64,000 bases of DNA from an uncultured Methanosarcinaceae archaeon. GTDB lineage: Archaea; Halobacteriota; Methanosarcinia; Methanosarcinales; Methanosarcinaceae. The notes below the pieces were generated by a model. It did not search any database, had not been told where the DNA came from, and worked only from the letters and a program-made list of their open reading frames with translations. The stretch spans positions 1-64,000 of the forward strand of contig CAVRJG010000038.1 of NCBI GenBank assembly GCA_963721455.1, written 5' to 3'. Positions 52,101 through 64,000 of this stretch are shown here, one piece after another (positions within the stretch are counted from its first letter, which is position 1; each line of letters opens with the position of its first letter). The translations under genes were made by a program, and so were the position numbers.

Positions 52101-54694
52101 TCCAGCACTCTGGAAAAAGCTTCAGCTGCCTCTTCATACCTTTTCAACTGCAGAAGAGAGAATGCCACGTTGTTGAGAGCAGAAAGGTTTTCGGGATCTC
52201 TTTCGAGCACAGCTTCCAGAGCTGCCAGGGCAGTTTCGTACTGTTCGGTTTCAAAGAGGCAGAGAGCCCTGTACTCGAGAGCTTCCTTCATTTCGGGGTT
52301 CAGGCTGACAGCTGACTCAAAAGCACAGGCTGCTTCTCCTGGCATGTGTATTCTGTACAGGCTAAGGCCTTTGTAGTACCAGAGAATATCGGAATCCGGT
52401 CTTTCATTAAGAGCGCTCTCAAAGGTTTCAAGGGCAGGGACATACCTTTCAAGCTGTATCTGCGCAAAACCTTTGTAAGTCCGGGCGTCATCGTAATCGG
52501 GGTTCTTTATATCATTATAATTGGAATTCTTTATATCCTCAAAATTAGCATCCTTTACAATTACTTCATCAAAGGCTTTTATAGCATCTTCAAAACGTTC
52601 CAGTTTTATCAGGGCAAGCCCTTTTCTGTACCAGGCTTCCCTGGACTCCGGCTTTTGGCAGAGCACCTGTTCAAACGCCTGCAGTGCAGTTTCATATTTC
52701 CCGAGTTCCATTGCAAGTTTTCCTTTCCTGCACTGGATTTCCAGAGCTTCGGGATTCTTTGCAGCAAGCTTTTCAAAGGTTTCCAGAGCTTCTTCCGGTT
52801 TTCCAAGTTCCAGCTGTGCAACCGCAAGGTCGTATAAGATATCCGGGTAATCCGGATTAAGAGAGAGAACTTTTTCAAGGCATTCCAGGGCAGTTTCCTT
52901 TCTTCCCAGCTTGAGCAGGGCTATTCCCCTTTTGTAAATAGAATCGAGATCTTCAGGGCTTGTTTTGAGGACTTCGGCAAAGGCTTCATCTGCTTTTTCG
53001 TATTCTTCGGCAGCCAGTAAAATTAGCCCTCTGTTTCTCCAGGCATCCTCAAAGTCAGGCCTGAGCCTGATAGCTTCTTCAAAAGCCTCGATGGCTTCCT
53101 CCGGTTTTCCAAGCTTTACGAGCACGATTCCTTTTTTATTCCACCCTTTCTCAAGATAAGGATTCAGCCGCAGAACTTCCTCAAAGGCTTTCAGGGCTTC
53201 TTCATAACGTTCCATGGAATAAAGTGCAAAACCCTTATTCATCCAGCAGGCTTCGTACTCGGGTTTAAGCTCCGCAGCTTTCTCAAGAGCCTTCAGGGCA
53301 GGCTCGAATTTTCCGCTATCAAGGAAAATTAGCCCTTGCTTGAGCCAGAGATTGCAGTTATCGGGTTCTTTCTCAAGACTATATGCAAGAGACTCAAGGG
53401 CTTCTTCAAATCGTTTTAGCTCTACCAGTACAGTGCCCCTGAACTTCTGGGCCTCGGTGAATCCCGGGTTGTATTCAAGCATGGAATCGAAAGCGTTGAG
53501 GGCTTCTTCGTATTTCCCTGTTCTGGCAAGCAAGCGCCCCCGCTGGAACCACGCGTCTCCATACGCAGGATCCAGTTCGGTAACCCTGGAAAAAGATTGT
53601 GCAGCTTCCTTAAAGCGCTGCAGTTTCAGGAGAGCAAGAGCTCTGTTATACCAGATTTCCTTCATTTCCGGATAAACTGCAAGCACGGAGTCAAAGGCTT
53701 CGATGGCTTCTTCGTAGACCTCAAGTTTCATGAGAGCAAAGCATTTGTAGTTCCAGGCTTCGAAATAAGCGGGATCAAGCCTGATTGATTCCTCAAAAGC
53801 ATCAATTGCTTCATTTAGCCTGAGCAGCTGGATAAGAGCAAGGCCTTTCCTGAGCCAGATTTCTTTGTTCCCTGGATTGAGTTTCAGTATTTTCGAAAAG
53901 GTTTTTTCGGCGTCCTCATAGCGGGAAAGTTCGCTTAAGAGTATGCCCCTGTGATAGAGAGCAGTCTCGCTGGCAGGAAATTTTCTTAAAAATGCGTCAA
54001 TACATTCCAGAGCTTCCTCACTTCTCCCGAGCTTTTCCAGTGAAAAACATCTCTGTTCCCAGGCATCTGTATGCTTAGAGTTTTCCCTGATCAGAGAATT
54101 AAAGCATTCAAGTGCCTTTTCATGTTCTTCAAGCTTTGCAAAAACCAGCCCTTTTGCGTAGCAGGCTTCTGAATTTTTCGGGTTGATTTTAAGTGCATTT
54201 CCGAGACTTTCCAGGGCTTCTTCGTACCTGCCAGCTTTTCCAGCCACTGTCCCTCTGGCATACCAGGCGGTTCCGCATTCAGGTTCAAGTTCAAGCACTT
54301 TCTCAAAACAAAGAATTGAAGCTTCAGCCCGTCCCATTTCGGCAAATACAAGCCCTTTCCGGTACCAGATTTTCGGATTTTCGGGATTTATTTCAAGCGC
54401 ATCATCATAGGCTTCCAGTGCTTCTCCGAGCCTTCCGAGGGTTGCCAGAGCTGTTCCTTTCTTATAAAGGGCATCGGAATTTTCTGGCTCTAACTGCAGG
54501 AACTGGTCAAAAGAGTCGAGAGCTTCTTCCGGTTTTTTAATTTCCAGCAGGGCGAGTCCCCTGTTGAAAAAGGCTCCTGTGTGACTGTGGTCTTTGTCCA
54601 GAATTTTATTGAAAACATTAATCGATTTTTCGTACCTTTTGTGTTTAACCAGGTCAAGGCCTCTTTGAAAGGCTTCATCGTTATTGATAAGCAA
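49175..54694 (-). CDS. Giant TPR protein (1839 aa)
   Basis: Dozens of 34-aa AWYxKG..L..LGRYEEA repeats. Confidence 0.95.
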   Translation of the reverse strand: MLINNDEAFQRGLDLVKHKRYEKSINVFNKILDKDHSHTGAFFNRGLALLEIKKPEEALDSFDQFLQLEPENSDALYKKGTALATLGRLGEALEAYDDALEINPENPKIWYRKGLVFAEMGRAEASILCFEKVLELEPECGTAWYARGTVAGKAGRYEEALESLGNALKINPKNSEACYAKGLVFAKLEEHEKALECFNSLIRENSKHTDAWEQRCFSLEKLGRSEEALECIDAFLRKFPASETALYHRGILLSELSRYEDAEKTFSKILKLNPGNKEIWLRKGLALIQLLRLNEAIDAFEESIRLDPAYFEAWNYKCFALMKLEVYEEAIEAFDSVLAVYPEMKEIWYNRALALLKLQRFKEAAQSFSRVTELDPAYGDAWFQRGRLLARTGKYEEALNAFDSMLEYNPGFTEAQKFRGTVLVELKRFEEALESLAYSLEKEPDNCNLWLKQGLIFLDSGKFEPALKALEKAAELKPEYEACWMNKGFALYSMERYEEALKAFEEVLRLNPYLEKGWNKKGIVLVKLGKPEEAIEAFEEAIRLRPDFEDAWRNRGLILLAAEEYEKADEAFAEVLKTSPEDLDSIYKRGIALLKLGRKETALECLEKVLSLNPDYPDILYDLAVAQLELGKPEEALETFEKLAAKNPEALEIQCRKGKLAMELGKYETALQAFEQVLCQKPESREAWYRKGLALIKLERFEDAIKAFDEVIVKDANFEDIKNSNYNDIKNPDYDDARTYKGFAQIQLERYVPALETFESALNERPDSDILWYYKGLSLYRIHMPGEAACAFESAVSLNPEMKEALEYRALCLFETEQYETALAALEAVLERDPENLSALNNVAFSLLQLKRYEEAAEAFSRVLELDPGREEARYYLGIASFESGKYDKALSVFEEMAEGSGKNSFAQNSSARDPSAQNSSALYWKGRVLIRQEAYEKALEVFSRLIEQDSLFAEAWYLRGISHSKLKQHEDAVRDFKKVLEIDPAFQDACYQLGLSCFELGNFEGALRAFETVLKTDFGNPDALYMKSLSLLRSGRYEESASGFREVIKRGPSNVEALAHLSTACFKQGLYAEALEIFDMVLRKNPERKTILFRKGVVLKAFGEVKEASAIFDSVLKLKPDCTYALEQKGYTHFELEEYQEAVEAFKAALEYCPKKEDLHYSRAIAFFRLGNFEEALDSFENALDLGCQKPELPYYAGISCFELEEYEKAVEAFDIALKAGATDPEVLHKKALALFELGRLEEAVSAVNSLLELAAENFNRGNTGEDMEENGGESTGENPAFENSQAFGELLERFASSLIKLGKYEEALLPLGKLTASRPASKELLYGKGIVLLELGRLEEALEVFSELLSLYPDFEKAWYGRGLALFSLEYYAEALEAFEQAVLENQKESPGLKNKLNDFETGDAWTKMGLAQLKLGGYEAALEAFGKILEAKPEAADIWYVTGLALRGLERDQQAVEAFERAVELDSALEAAWEQKGLALLGLDGYEEARLAFNSALVLNPENINALYSRSVANFKLQHFKEAARDLERVLLLAPDFPDFIEACYRLGIARMELEEYEKALEAFGIILEQDPAHREALYHSALVLFNLEEYEAAAETFGMLLEAAPEDPESLNYLGLCLLELESPEEALKAFEKAALFNPKNEEALYNAATTLIKLDRAQESLSYFDRILEISPENLDALNYKGIAFCTLELYREALRSFDLVLEKDPENIKAIYNVGVVCFKQKLYETACRAFGEALALNPWHEQSLKYFGISLAKIGEYEEALKAFDKLLRINPRDAQSMNYRGVILGKMEKYDEAIRTFSEILRLYPDMADAKRKLEALKCIQNEERSSENLY

Positions 54695-55244
54695 CTCCTC
54701 CGATCCCTTTTTTCTAAATCTATTCCTGCAAGCTCAAATAAATCTGATATTTTAATGTGAGTTTTCTATCTGGATTTAATAATATTTTGCCCTGCTTTCT
54801 CCGGCTTCAGGACTTTTTGCGAGTACTCTTCCTGTTTCTCGCTATTAAAAGCTCCTTTTCAATAATTGTAATAAATATTGCCTGTATTGTAAATGTAAGA
54901 ACCTGTAGTAAATTATAAATCCGCAGCATACTGAATTATTTCTCTATTTTCCTGGTATGGGATATTTAAATACCCTTTTTTCCCGAATGCCTTTTCCGGG
55001 ACAATTCGCCGTCCCCTACTGCTAAAATTTAATGATTCAGTCCAGACCAGAATCTATTATCATTATTAATTTTTATCTGGAATCTTATCTCCTAACATTG
55101 TATATAAACAATCCTCCATAATTGAGGGTGGGAGAATACTCTTCTATTTATCTTTTTAAAGTGCTTTTTGAAGGGTATCCACAATGCACTTCGCAGGCAG
55201 TTTGAATTATAAAAATAGATGTAAATAAATTTTCTAAATCTAAA

Positions 55245-55775
55245 TTAAATTTCAAAAATTTCCTGCAAGGCTTTTCTTAAATGCCTGCACGTCTCCTTAT
55301 TGAAGCAGACAAGGAAAATCTTTTCAGGCAATTCATTTTCCTGAATAAACGTTCTTATTTCGGAAACTGCAATTCCTGCAGCCCTCTCCGAAGGAAAACC
55401 GTATGCCCCTGTACTTATAGCTGGAAAAGCAATGGTTTTTACGGCATATTCCCTTGCAAGTTCAAGGCTTTTTCTGTAGCAGGAAGCCAGCAGGTCATCC
55501 TCTCCTTTCTGGCCCCCATGCCATACAGGGCCGACAGTATGTATCACCCATCTTGCGGGTAGAAGGTATCCCTTTGTAATTTTTGCTTCTCCTGTGGGAC
55601 AGCCTTTCAGGATTCTGCATTCTTCCAGCAGTCCGGGACCTGCAGCCCTGTGAATGGCCCCGTCAACTCCTCCACCTCCTAGAAGAGTAGAATTTGCTGC
55701 ATTTACGATTGCATCAACTTCGAGTTTTACAATATCTCCCTGAATTACCCTTATCCTTTCCGAAATCCGTACCAT
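55245..55775 (-). CDS. Macrodomain O-acetyl-ADP-ribose deacetylase (YmdB-like)
   Basis: [19 protein letters not shown] and [13 protein letters not shown]. Confidence 0.95.
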   Translation of the reverse strand: MVRISERIRVIQGDIVKLEVDAIVNAANSTLLGGGGVDGAIHRAAGPGLLEECRILKGCPTGEAKITKGYLLPARWVIHTVGPVWHGGQKGEDDLLASCYRKSLELAREYAVKTIAFPAISTGAYGFPSERAAGIAVSEIRTFIQENELPEKIFLVCFNKETCRHLRKALQEIFEI

Positions 55776-55829
55776 AATCCGTTCTCGTGCTTTTATTCCT
55801 TTATATTTTGTCTGATATCTTTCCCGGGG

Positions 55830-55920
55830 TGCTATATGATTTGTATTTCTTACTATGTTCTGCTTTTGCTACGTCCTGCTATATGATTTGTATTTCTTGC
55901 TATGTTCTGCTTTTGCTATG
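55830..55920. repeat. 47-bp tandem duplication in the divergent macrodomain/mtaA intergenic region
   Basis: TGCTATATGATTTGTATTTCTT(A/G)CTATGTTCTGCTTTTGCTA at 55830 and 55877. Confidence 0.85.
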
Positions 55921-56219
55921 TTTTGCTTTATCCTTTTGCTACTGTTAAGTGCAATTTTATCTTTCATGTTCCTGTTTTTAGTTTGTGCATTCCCAAACAA
56001 TCATATAGCATAAAACATAGATTATAATAGTCAATCTGGGCATGGGGATTTCGGTATTCCGAAGATGATTATTTGCCTGTGACGGAGACTCTGAAACTTT
56101 GATGTGCTTCAAAGGGGGTTATCAGGGCTATCTTAAAAATCGATCTTTTAGACCAGTAATGCCGAGAATAAGTACGGCTATAAAACTTCTAAATTAAAAC
56201 TTAACATGGGGAGACAGCT

Positions 56220-57239
56220 ATGGATGAAATGACACTTAAGGAGAGACTTTTAAACGCGCTAGAAGGAAAGAAGGTTGACAAAGTACCTGTTTGTTCCGTA
56301 ACCCAGACGGGAATTGTGGAATTAATGGATAAAGTGGGAGCTCCCTGGCCGGAATCTCACTCTGACCCTGAACTGATGGCAAAGCTGGCAATTGCAAACT
56401 ACGAGCTTAGCGGGCTTGAAGCTGTAAGGCTTCCTTATTGCCTGACCGTACTTGCCGAAGCAATGGGCTGCGAAGTCAATATGGGGACAAAGAACAGGCA
56501 GCCGTCTGTTACTGCACATCCGTACCCTAAGGATCTGGAAGGCATGGCAATGCCTGAGAATCTGCTTGATAAGGGCAGGATTCCGGCTGTACTTGATTCG
56601 ATTAAGATCATAAGAGAAAAAGTAGGGCAGGATGTGCCTATTATCGGGGGAATGGAAGGGCCAGTTACCCTTGCCTCGGATCTGGCGAGTGTAAAGTCCT
56701 TTATGAAATGGTCTATTAAAAAACCCGAGCTTCTACACCAGGTACTGGATTTTGCAACCGAAGCCACAATATCTTATGCAAATTCAATGGTTCTTGCAGG
56801 AGCAGACGTTATTTCCGTTGCTGATCCTGTGGCGTCTCCTGACCTGTTGAGTCCGGATTCTTTCAAAAGCGAACTTCAATCGAGGCTGCAAAAGTTTTCC
56901 TCAAACGTAGATTCAGTTACAGTCCTGCATATCTGTGGGAACGTGGGCCCTATCCTCGACTATATGGCAGATTGCGGTTTCGAAGGCTTGAGCGTTGAAG
57001 AAAAAGTAGGCAGCATAAAAAAGGCTAAGGAAGTGCTTGGGAACAGGGCAAGACTCGTAGGAAATATCTCCAGTCCTTTTACTTTACTGCCAGGCCCAAT
57101 TGATAAGATCAAAGAAGAGTCCAAAAAAGCTCTCGCGGAGGGAGTAGATGTACTTGCTCCTGGCTGTGGAATCGCACCTATGACTCCTCTTTCCCACATT
57201 AAAGCTATGGTCGAGGCAAGAAACGAGTACTACGCTTGA
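56220..57239 (+). CDS. mtaA: Methylcobalamin:coenzyme M methyltransferase (probably the mtaA2 isozyme)
   Basis: UroD fold, Zn ligands LHICG and APGCG. Convergent with mtaCB, as I recall for the mtaA2/mtaCB3 locus of Methanosarcina. Confidence 0.93.
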   Translation: MDEMTLKERLLNALEGKKVDKVPVCSVTQTGIVELMDKVGAPWPESHSDPELMAKLAIANYELSGLEAVRLPYCLTVLAEAMGCEVNMGTKNRQPSVTAHPYPKDLEGMAMPENLLDKGRIPAVLDSIKIIREKVGQDVPIIGGMEGPVTLASDLASVKSFMKWSIKKPELLHQVLDFATEATISYANSMVLAGADVISVADPVASPDLLSPDSFKSELQSRLQKFSSNVDSVTVLHICGNVGPILDYMADCGFEGLSVEEKVGSIKKAKEVLGNRARLVGNISSPFTLLPGPIDKIKEESKKALAEGVDVLAPGCGIAPMTPLSHIKAMVEARNEYYA

Positions 57240-57624
57240 AGATCCGGAAAAACAAAAATAATTCTTAATTTTTTTTCAATTTTCCAGTATATTTTTACAG
57301 GCTTCTTTTTTCCGGTATTTGTTTTTACTTTATCTCATTCTCAGGTTTATGTGTTTCTTTTATCCTTAGCTTTCACCTTTAGTCTTTATCTTTTAAGACT
57401 GATTTCAATTCTGGCTTAAGAATTAAAAGGAACTTTTTTTCGACGACTTTCCATTAAGGTAAAAAGTGTAATTATTTACATCCAAAACTATAGTATGCAT
57501 TCAAACTGCTGGCAGTCAGCAGGTAAAGTCCATGTCAATAAGTAAAAAAGTCTTACATGAACTTCATCAACAGGAAATTAAATTCGGAATTTTCAAAAAA
57601 AGAAATGGGAAGAACTTACCTCGA

Positions 57625-59010
57625 TCAGAGGCCGTAGTTCTCCGGCAGGAATACTTTGACTTCATTTTTATATTTTGTAAGGCAGTCACTCATGAACTTG
57701 TCCTTGTCGTCAGTAAGGGCCTGGAAAGCTGCCTTTGAATTTGCAAGGGCAGTTGCTTCGAACCTGGAAAGGGCAAGTTTGCCTTTTGCTCCTTCTTCGA
57801 CGATTTTGATGCTTTCTATCGCTGCGTTCTTGGCACGGAGGTAAATGTCGTTTCCGTCCTTGGCAATTGCCTGTCCTACTCTGTAGGCATTCGGATATGC
57901 GAGTACATAGCCCTGCGCGTCTCTGTACATGTCCGAAGCTGCGAACATATCCCTCAGGATTTTGGCGTTACCCGAATTAAGAGCAACATTCATCAGGGCG
58001 CAGTCATATGCCAGGGTTTCGGACCAGCACTGAACTGTGGTACCACCGAATTCACCGTGGTATTCAACGGACTCGTTGGACCAGAGGTCACAGCACTGCA
58101 TGGTCAGGTTACCCATCAGGTCAGAGTGGGCACAGGTTGAGGTCTTACCTTCCTGAGCAATCGGGACACCTGCAATTGCTTTGACAATAGTGTTTTCGTA
58201 TCCGCAGTCCTTACCAGGGCCAACGGCACCGGCTTCGTATGCACAGAGGGACCTTGCTGCAGAGATTGACCTTGCAATTATTGCGATGGTGTGGGCAAGG
58301 TTCTTATCCAGCAGGCCTCCTGCAATGAACATTGCAGTATTTGCCTGGGCACAGTCTGTGTCTCCCGAGGCTACAGTTCCGGTTTTCTTTGCAATTGATG
58401 CAATGTCTTGCCAGATCATTTCCATGTCCATGCTGCCGAGAACGCCTATGCCGTAAAGTATGCCTGCCATGTCGTTCCTGAGAATAGCATGGTCGAAAAC
58501 TTCCTTACCACCCATTGACTCAACGGCAAGCAGATCTGCACCGGACTTGGCGCACTGTTCAAAAGCCTCGATGAAGACGGAGTACTTGTCTCCTCTGAGC
58601 TGGAGGAAGTCTCTGTTCTCACGGATGTCACCGATTGTATGGCGGAGTGCGCACTTTATGCCGTGTTCATCGTGGTATTCTTCCATGATGGTTTTCTGGG
58701 CGTGCGCAACGGCGGCTCCCCAATCCGGGTGGTTGGACATCTGCTGGACGTGTTCGGTTTCAAGCACGACAGATGGAGCTCCGATCTGAACCATCCTTGC
58801 CATGATGTCGGTGGTGATCCTTTCATACTCTTTTACGAGCTTTTCTTTGGATGCCCCTGCTTCAGGTCTTGGGGCATAGTTCACTTCGGGAGTTGTGTAG
58901 CCGGCACCGATCTCAAGCCCAAGCCCTGCTTTGACTGGCTTGACGGCTTTTCCGAAAATCATTTCATCTGCGCTTGCATAAGCCATTTTAGTACATCTTG
59001 TTACTGCCAT
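57625..59010 (-). CDS. mtaB: Methanol:corrinoid methyltransferase (probably isozyme 3)
   Basis: PEVNYAPRP, VESMGGKE, GDTDCAQAN and GPGKDCGYE. Confidence 0.96.
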   Translation of the reverse strand: MAVTRCTKMAYASADEMIFGKAVKPVKAGLGLEIGAGYTTPEVNYAPRPEAGASKEKLVKEYERITTDIMARMVQIGAPSVVLETEHVQQMSNHPDWGAAVAHAQKTIMEEYHDEHGIKCALRHTIGDIRENRDFLQLRGDKYSVFIEAFEQCAKSGADLLAVESMGGKEVFDHAILRNDMAGILYGIGVLGSMDMEMIWQDIASIAKKTGTVASGDTDCAQANTAMFIAGGLLDKNLAHTIAIIARSISAARSLCAYEAGAVGPGKDCGYENTIVKAIAGVPIAQEGKTSTCAHSDLMGNLTMQCCDLWSNESVEYHGEFGGTTVQCWSETLAYDCALMNVALNSGNAKILRDMFAASDMYRDAQGYVLAYPNAYRVGQAIAKDGNDIYLRAKNAAIESIKIVEEGAKGKLALSRFEATALANSKAAFQALTDDKDKFMSDCLTKYKNEVKVFLPENYGL

Positions 59011-59023
59011 CTACTCCGCCTCC

Positions 59024-59791
59024 TCAGTGTCTATGGAATGTCTCCCTCAGTTTCACAATGTTGTCCCCATGTGCCTTGATGAAATCTGCCATCTTCGCGG
59101 CATCGGCTGCTTCTTCACCGTATACCCCAAGCTCATACTGGGACACGAAGTCCTGATTGACAGCACCGCCACCGCATGCAAATGGAATTCTATATCCTTT
59201 CTCCATGAGCTTGTCGTTAACTTCCTTGAATGCATACATGGTTGTGGTCATGAGGGCAGTACCTGTAAGCATGAGGGGATTTTCTCTCTCCACCGCAGCT
59301 ACTACTTCGTCTACAGGAACATCTCTTCCAAGATCCACCACATCATAGCCACCTGCTCTCAGTAGTGCGGCTACGATGTTCTTTCCGATATCATGGACGT
59401 CACCTTCTGCAACATGGCAGACGACTTTACCTTTGGTTACAGGAGAGGTTTTGGAGTTTTCCTTAGCGAACTCGATGCCGTTCAGCATAGCATCAGCAGA
59501 CATCATGACGTTTGGCAGGAAAATTACACCTTCATCGTAGAGCTTTGTGACAACACCCATGCCGACCATGAGGGCATCGTCGATAAGGGCAATCGGATCC
59601 TTACCCGCCTTCATTGCTGCCTTGAGACCGTCGACCACGTCATCTTCTTCTCCTTCAAAGATGGCTTTTGCGATCGGGTAGATTAATTTGTCCTTAGGAT
59701 AGAGCTCTTCTGCGGCGTCTTCCGGTGTCATTGCCTTTTCCAGAGCTACGTTGTAGCGAACCAGAATACCACTGGGATCTATATCTATCAA
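59024..59791 (-). CDS. mtaC: Methanol corrinoid protein (probably isozyme 3)
   Basis: B12-binding DVHDIGKNIV. TTG start at 59791 after GGAGGT. Confidence 0.95.
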   Translation of the reverse strand: MIDIDPSGILVRYNVALEKAMTPEDAAEELYPKDKLIYPIAKAIFEGEEDDVVDGLKAAMKAGKDPIALIDDALMVGMGVVTKLYDEGVIFLPNVMMSADAMLNGIEFAKENSKTSPVTKGKVVCHVAEGDVHDIGKNIVAALLRAGGYDVVDLGRDVPVDEVVAAVERENPLMLTGTALMTTTMYAFKEVNDKLMEKGYRIPFACGGGAVNQDFVSQYELGVYGEEAADAAKMADFIKAHGDNIVKLRETFHRH

Positions 59792-59928
59792 ATATATAAC
59801 CTCCATTTTGGCATTTGAGGAGTAATCAATCCCTGATTATTTACAGGGGCCAAAGTCGGGTTAAAAATTAAATTTTTTCCTAAATAGACCTTAATTCTGT
59901 TTAGATGCCTAATCTCTCTTTTTTTTCC

Positions 59929-59976
59929 ACAAAGACAACTAAACGAGATCTAACAAAGACAACTAAACGAGATCTA
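59929..59976. repeat. Perfect 24-bp tandem duplication upstream of mtaC
   Basis: ACAAAGACAACTAAACGAGATCTA x2. Confidence 0.9.
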
Positions 59977-60507
59977 AGTAGGTATAAACTCCCGAATCTT
60001 CCCAATTTCTTAAAAGGACTTCTAACTCCCCTTACTTTAATTGGAATTATATATATATAAATCTCACTGAGCATGTTTAAAGTTCTCACACTGAACTGCA
60101 GGCTAGAATTTTCGTTATCATGAGGCCCTATTATTTTTAATATCTCGTTTTCATGGGGTCTCTTATGACTTAAGCATAATTAAAAAATATATATAATTGT
60201 CAGCATCGAAATATTCATAAACCTGCATTTTCTTTATCAGATTTCCAGCAGATTCAGGCAGTTGCCAGAAACTGCATAATAATATAATTCAAAAAGTCCT
60301 CAAAACACATAAATAAAAACTGTAATTTCGATCACTCATTTTCTCTTGATTTGGTCTGTATTGAAGGCATTTAATAGCAAAGTATATATACTAGTAATGC
60401 ATCTAGAAGATTCCCTGACATAGGAAGATCAGGGGGCATTAAACCTATAGATTTAGCAAAAATAAGCTTTTGCGATGAAATCTATATCTACAAATACGCT
60501 GAATAAT

Positions 60508-60723
60508 AAGCTTTATATACAAGATACGTCTTGTATGTATCCCTCACACGAAGCAAATTTGTGAGTTCCCGCCTCTCTAACGATCCTAAATGATCGGAAT
60601 GGCAATTTCTCTATAGATTCAAACAAATATTTCGTTTTGTTCTGGATCTCTGGGCGAAAAATTGCAGGACTGGGAAGCTTTATATACAAGAAACGTCTTG
60701 TATGAATCCCTCACACAAAGCAA
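60508..60723 (+). promoter_or_regulatory. Tandem rRNA promoters (two ~49-bp copies at 60508 and 60675)
   Basis: AAGCTTTATATACAAGA-ACGTCTTGTATG-ATCCCTCACAC repeated; TATA box TTTATATA. Confidence 0.85.
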
Positions 60724-60936
60724 TTGTGTGGGTTGAATTACACATCTCTTTCATCTTTTAATGGAGCCAGGAGTTATTTCCTGTCTGACGAGGATTTTGT
60801 CGGTTCGGTTAATTCTGGGCGGTGAGAGTTTTTTACAAAAACACATCATCGCGGAACTTAGAATAACTGAATTGATAGTTGTTAGTGCAAGTTTCTGCGA
60901 CCAAGACCTTTAATTTCAATCAAGTGTGCTATAACA

Positions 60937-62414
<1,478 letters not shown>

Positions 62415-62498
62415 AAGCATAAAAAACCCACCGCCCAGATGCCGATAAACCGACAAATCCTCAAACCAGAGATCCTTTGTGGATCTCTAGTCTCTCTC

Positions 62499-62571
62499 GG
62501 GCTTGTAGATCAGTTGGAAGATCGCTGCCTTTGCAAGGCAGAGGCCCTGGGTTCGAATCCCAGCAAGTCCA
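62499..62571 (+). tRNA. tRNA-Ala(TGC) in the 16S-23S spacer
   Basis: GGGCTTG...CTGCC-TTTGCAA-GGCAG...TTCGAATC...CAAGTCCA. Confidence 0.95.
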
Positions 62572-62700
62572 TTTTTGTGCACCCGGAAAGTAAATTTTCG
62601 GGGAAGGGCGGATTGCCTGTGTGGAAACTCAGGTACATGAAGTCATGTATAGGTGCTGTATATTGAACGCTAACTGGACCTGGTTAGGTGTAACAGGAGT

Positions 62701-64000
62701 TATGCTATCAGGTGGATGGCTCGGCTCAAGAGCTGATGAAGGACGTGCCAAGCTGCGATAAGCCCGGGGTAGGTGCATGGAGCCAATGAACCCGGGATTT
62801 CCGAATGGGACCTCTCCCTAGTGATCAGTAATGATCGGGAACGCTCCGAATTGAAACATCTCAGTAGGAGCAGGAAAAGAAATCAAACGAGATGCCGTGA
62901 GTAACGGCGAGTGAAACCGGCACAGTTCAAACCGAATCCCTTCGGGGAAATGTGGTGTTGTAGGGCTGTTCAAACGTCTCGCGGTAAAACCGAACTTGCC
63001 TGGAACGGCAGACCATAGAGTGTGACAGTCACGTATGTGTAAACCAGAAGACCGGAACATGTCCCTGAGTACCGTGCGTTGGATATCGCGCGGGAATCTG
63101 GGGGGCACCAACCTCCAAAACTAAATACTACTTGAGACCGATAGCGAAATAGTAGGGTGACCGAACGCTGAAAAGTACCCCGAGAAGGGAGGTGCAAAGT
63201 GCCTGAAACCTGATAGTGATAGAACGATACGGCATGAAAGGATCTTTGACGTGAAGGAAACATTCGCGAGAATGCTGTACGAACGCCACTGCCAGTGTCG
63301 TATCTTACGTTTTGAAGAACGGGCCAGGGAGTGTATCTTGGTGGCGATGGCTAACCTTTTATCTGGGCAGCCGAAGCGAAAGCAACATGTGCGCAACCCT
63401 CACGGGTGAGGCACGACGTATACAAGTGCGTGGAGTCACCGGGGTACGACCCGAAGCCGGGTGATCTAGGCGTGGGCAGGTTGAAGCGTGGCGAAAGCTA
63501 CGTGGAGGACCGCAAGCGGTTTTGATCTGCAAATCATTCGTGTGACCTGCGTCTCGTAGTGAAATGCTAATCTAACCCGGCATCAGCTGGTTCCTTCCGA
63601 AACATGTCGCAGCATGACCTGACTGGAGATCGTCGGTGGAGTAGAGCACTGATTGGCGGTTCCGGGGGAGAAATCCCTCACCCGCCTGTCAAACTCCAAA
63701 CCCACTGTCATTTAAGAAGGTCGGAGTCCGGACTACTGGGGTAAGCTTGTAGTCCGTAAGGGAGACAACCCAGCCCGTGGTTAAGGTCCCCAAGTGTCGA
63801 CTAAGTGTTAACACTAAAGGGCGTCCCAAGCCCAAGACAGCTGGAAGGTTAGCTTAGAAGCAGCTACCCTTCAAAGAGTGCGTAACAGCTCACCAGTCGA
63901 GGTTTGGGGCCCCGAAAATTGACGGGGCTCAAGTCGACTACCGATACCACGGAGTACCGCAAGGTAATCTCGTAGGAAGGCGTTGTGTTCGGGCAGAAGC
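62701..64000 (+). rRNA. rrl: 23S rRNA, 5' part; start approximate, runs off the window
   Basis: GGTGGATGGCTCGGCTC, GATGAAGGACGTG, GAAACATCTCAGTA and GACCCGAAGCCGGGTGATCTA. Confidence 0.96.

Noticed and set aside
49175-59806. Numerous antisense and alternate-frame ORFs over the TPR, macrodomain and mta genes, and likewise over serS, topA and thiC
   Set aside because: Shadow ORFs of well-supported genes.

Overview
Chromosomal window from a Methanosarcina species, judged from the 16S rRNA, methanogen-type SerRS and the mtaA/mtaBC methanol methyltransferase locus. The core genes are a SAMP-like sulfur carrier, tRNA-Gly, a RecJ-like DHH protein, pcc1, serS, rps3Ae, a type IA topoisomerase, a ThiC-family enzyme, a giant TPR protein, a macrodomain protein, mtaA/mtaB/mtaC and an rRNA operon (16S, tRNA-Ala, partial 23S). 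Three accessory regions interrupt them. (1) About 1-8.9 kb: an inverted, diverged and decayed copy of the pcc1/C1A-protease locus, nested and stacked IS66/IS630/MITE elements, an IS66 transposase broken only by one in-frame amber codon, and a tyrosine integrase frameshifted by a perfect 22-bp tandem duplication. (2) About 12-26 kb, between pcc1 and serS: a toxin-antitoxin/defence cluster (STAS-PIN, four hicB copies, AlbA-type remnants, a PUA/EVE-like-HNH nuclease, an orphan MNT) punctuated by a repeated ~150-bp element ending in a promoter. (3) About 39-48.8 kb: an AT-rich island ending at a tRNA 3'-end fragment. Its cargo genes lie between repeated, unannotated fragments that I recognise, from memory and pending a database check, as the C-termini of a CRISPR-independent Cas1 and a family-B DNA polymerase. 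No CRISPR array was seen. All family and domain assignments come from motif reading, not database searches.
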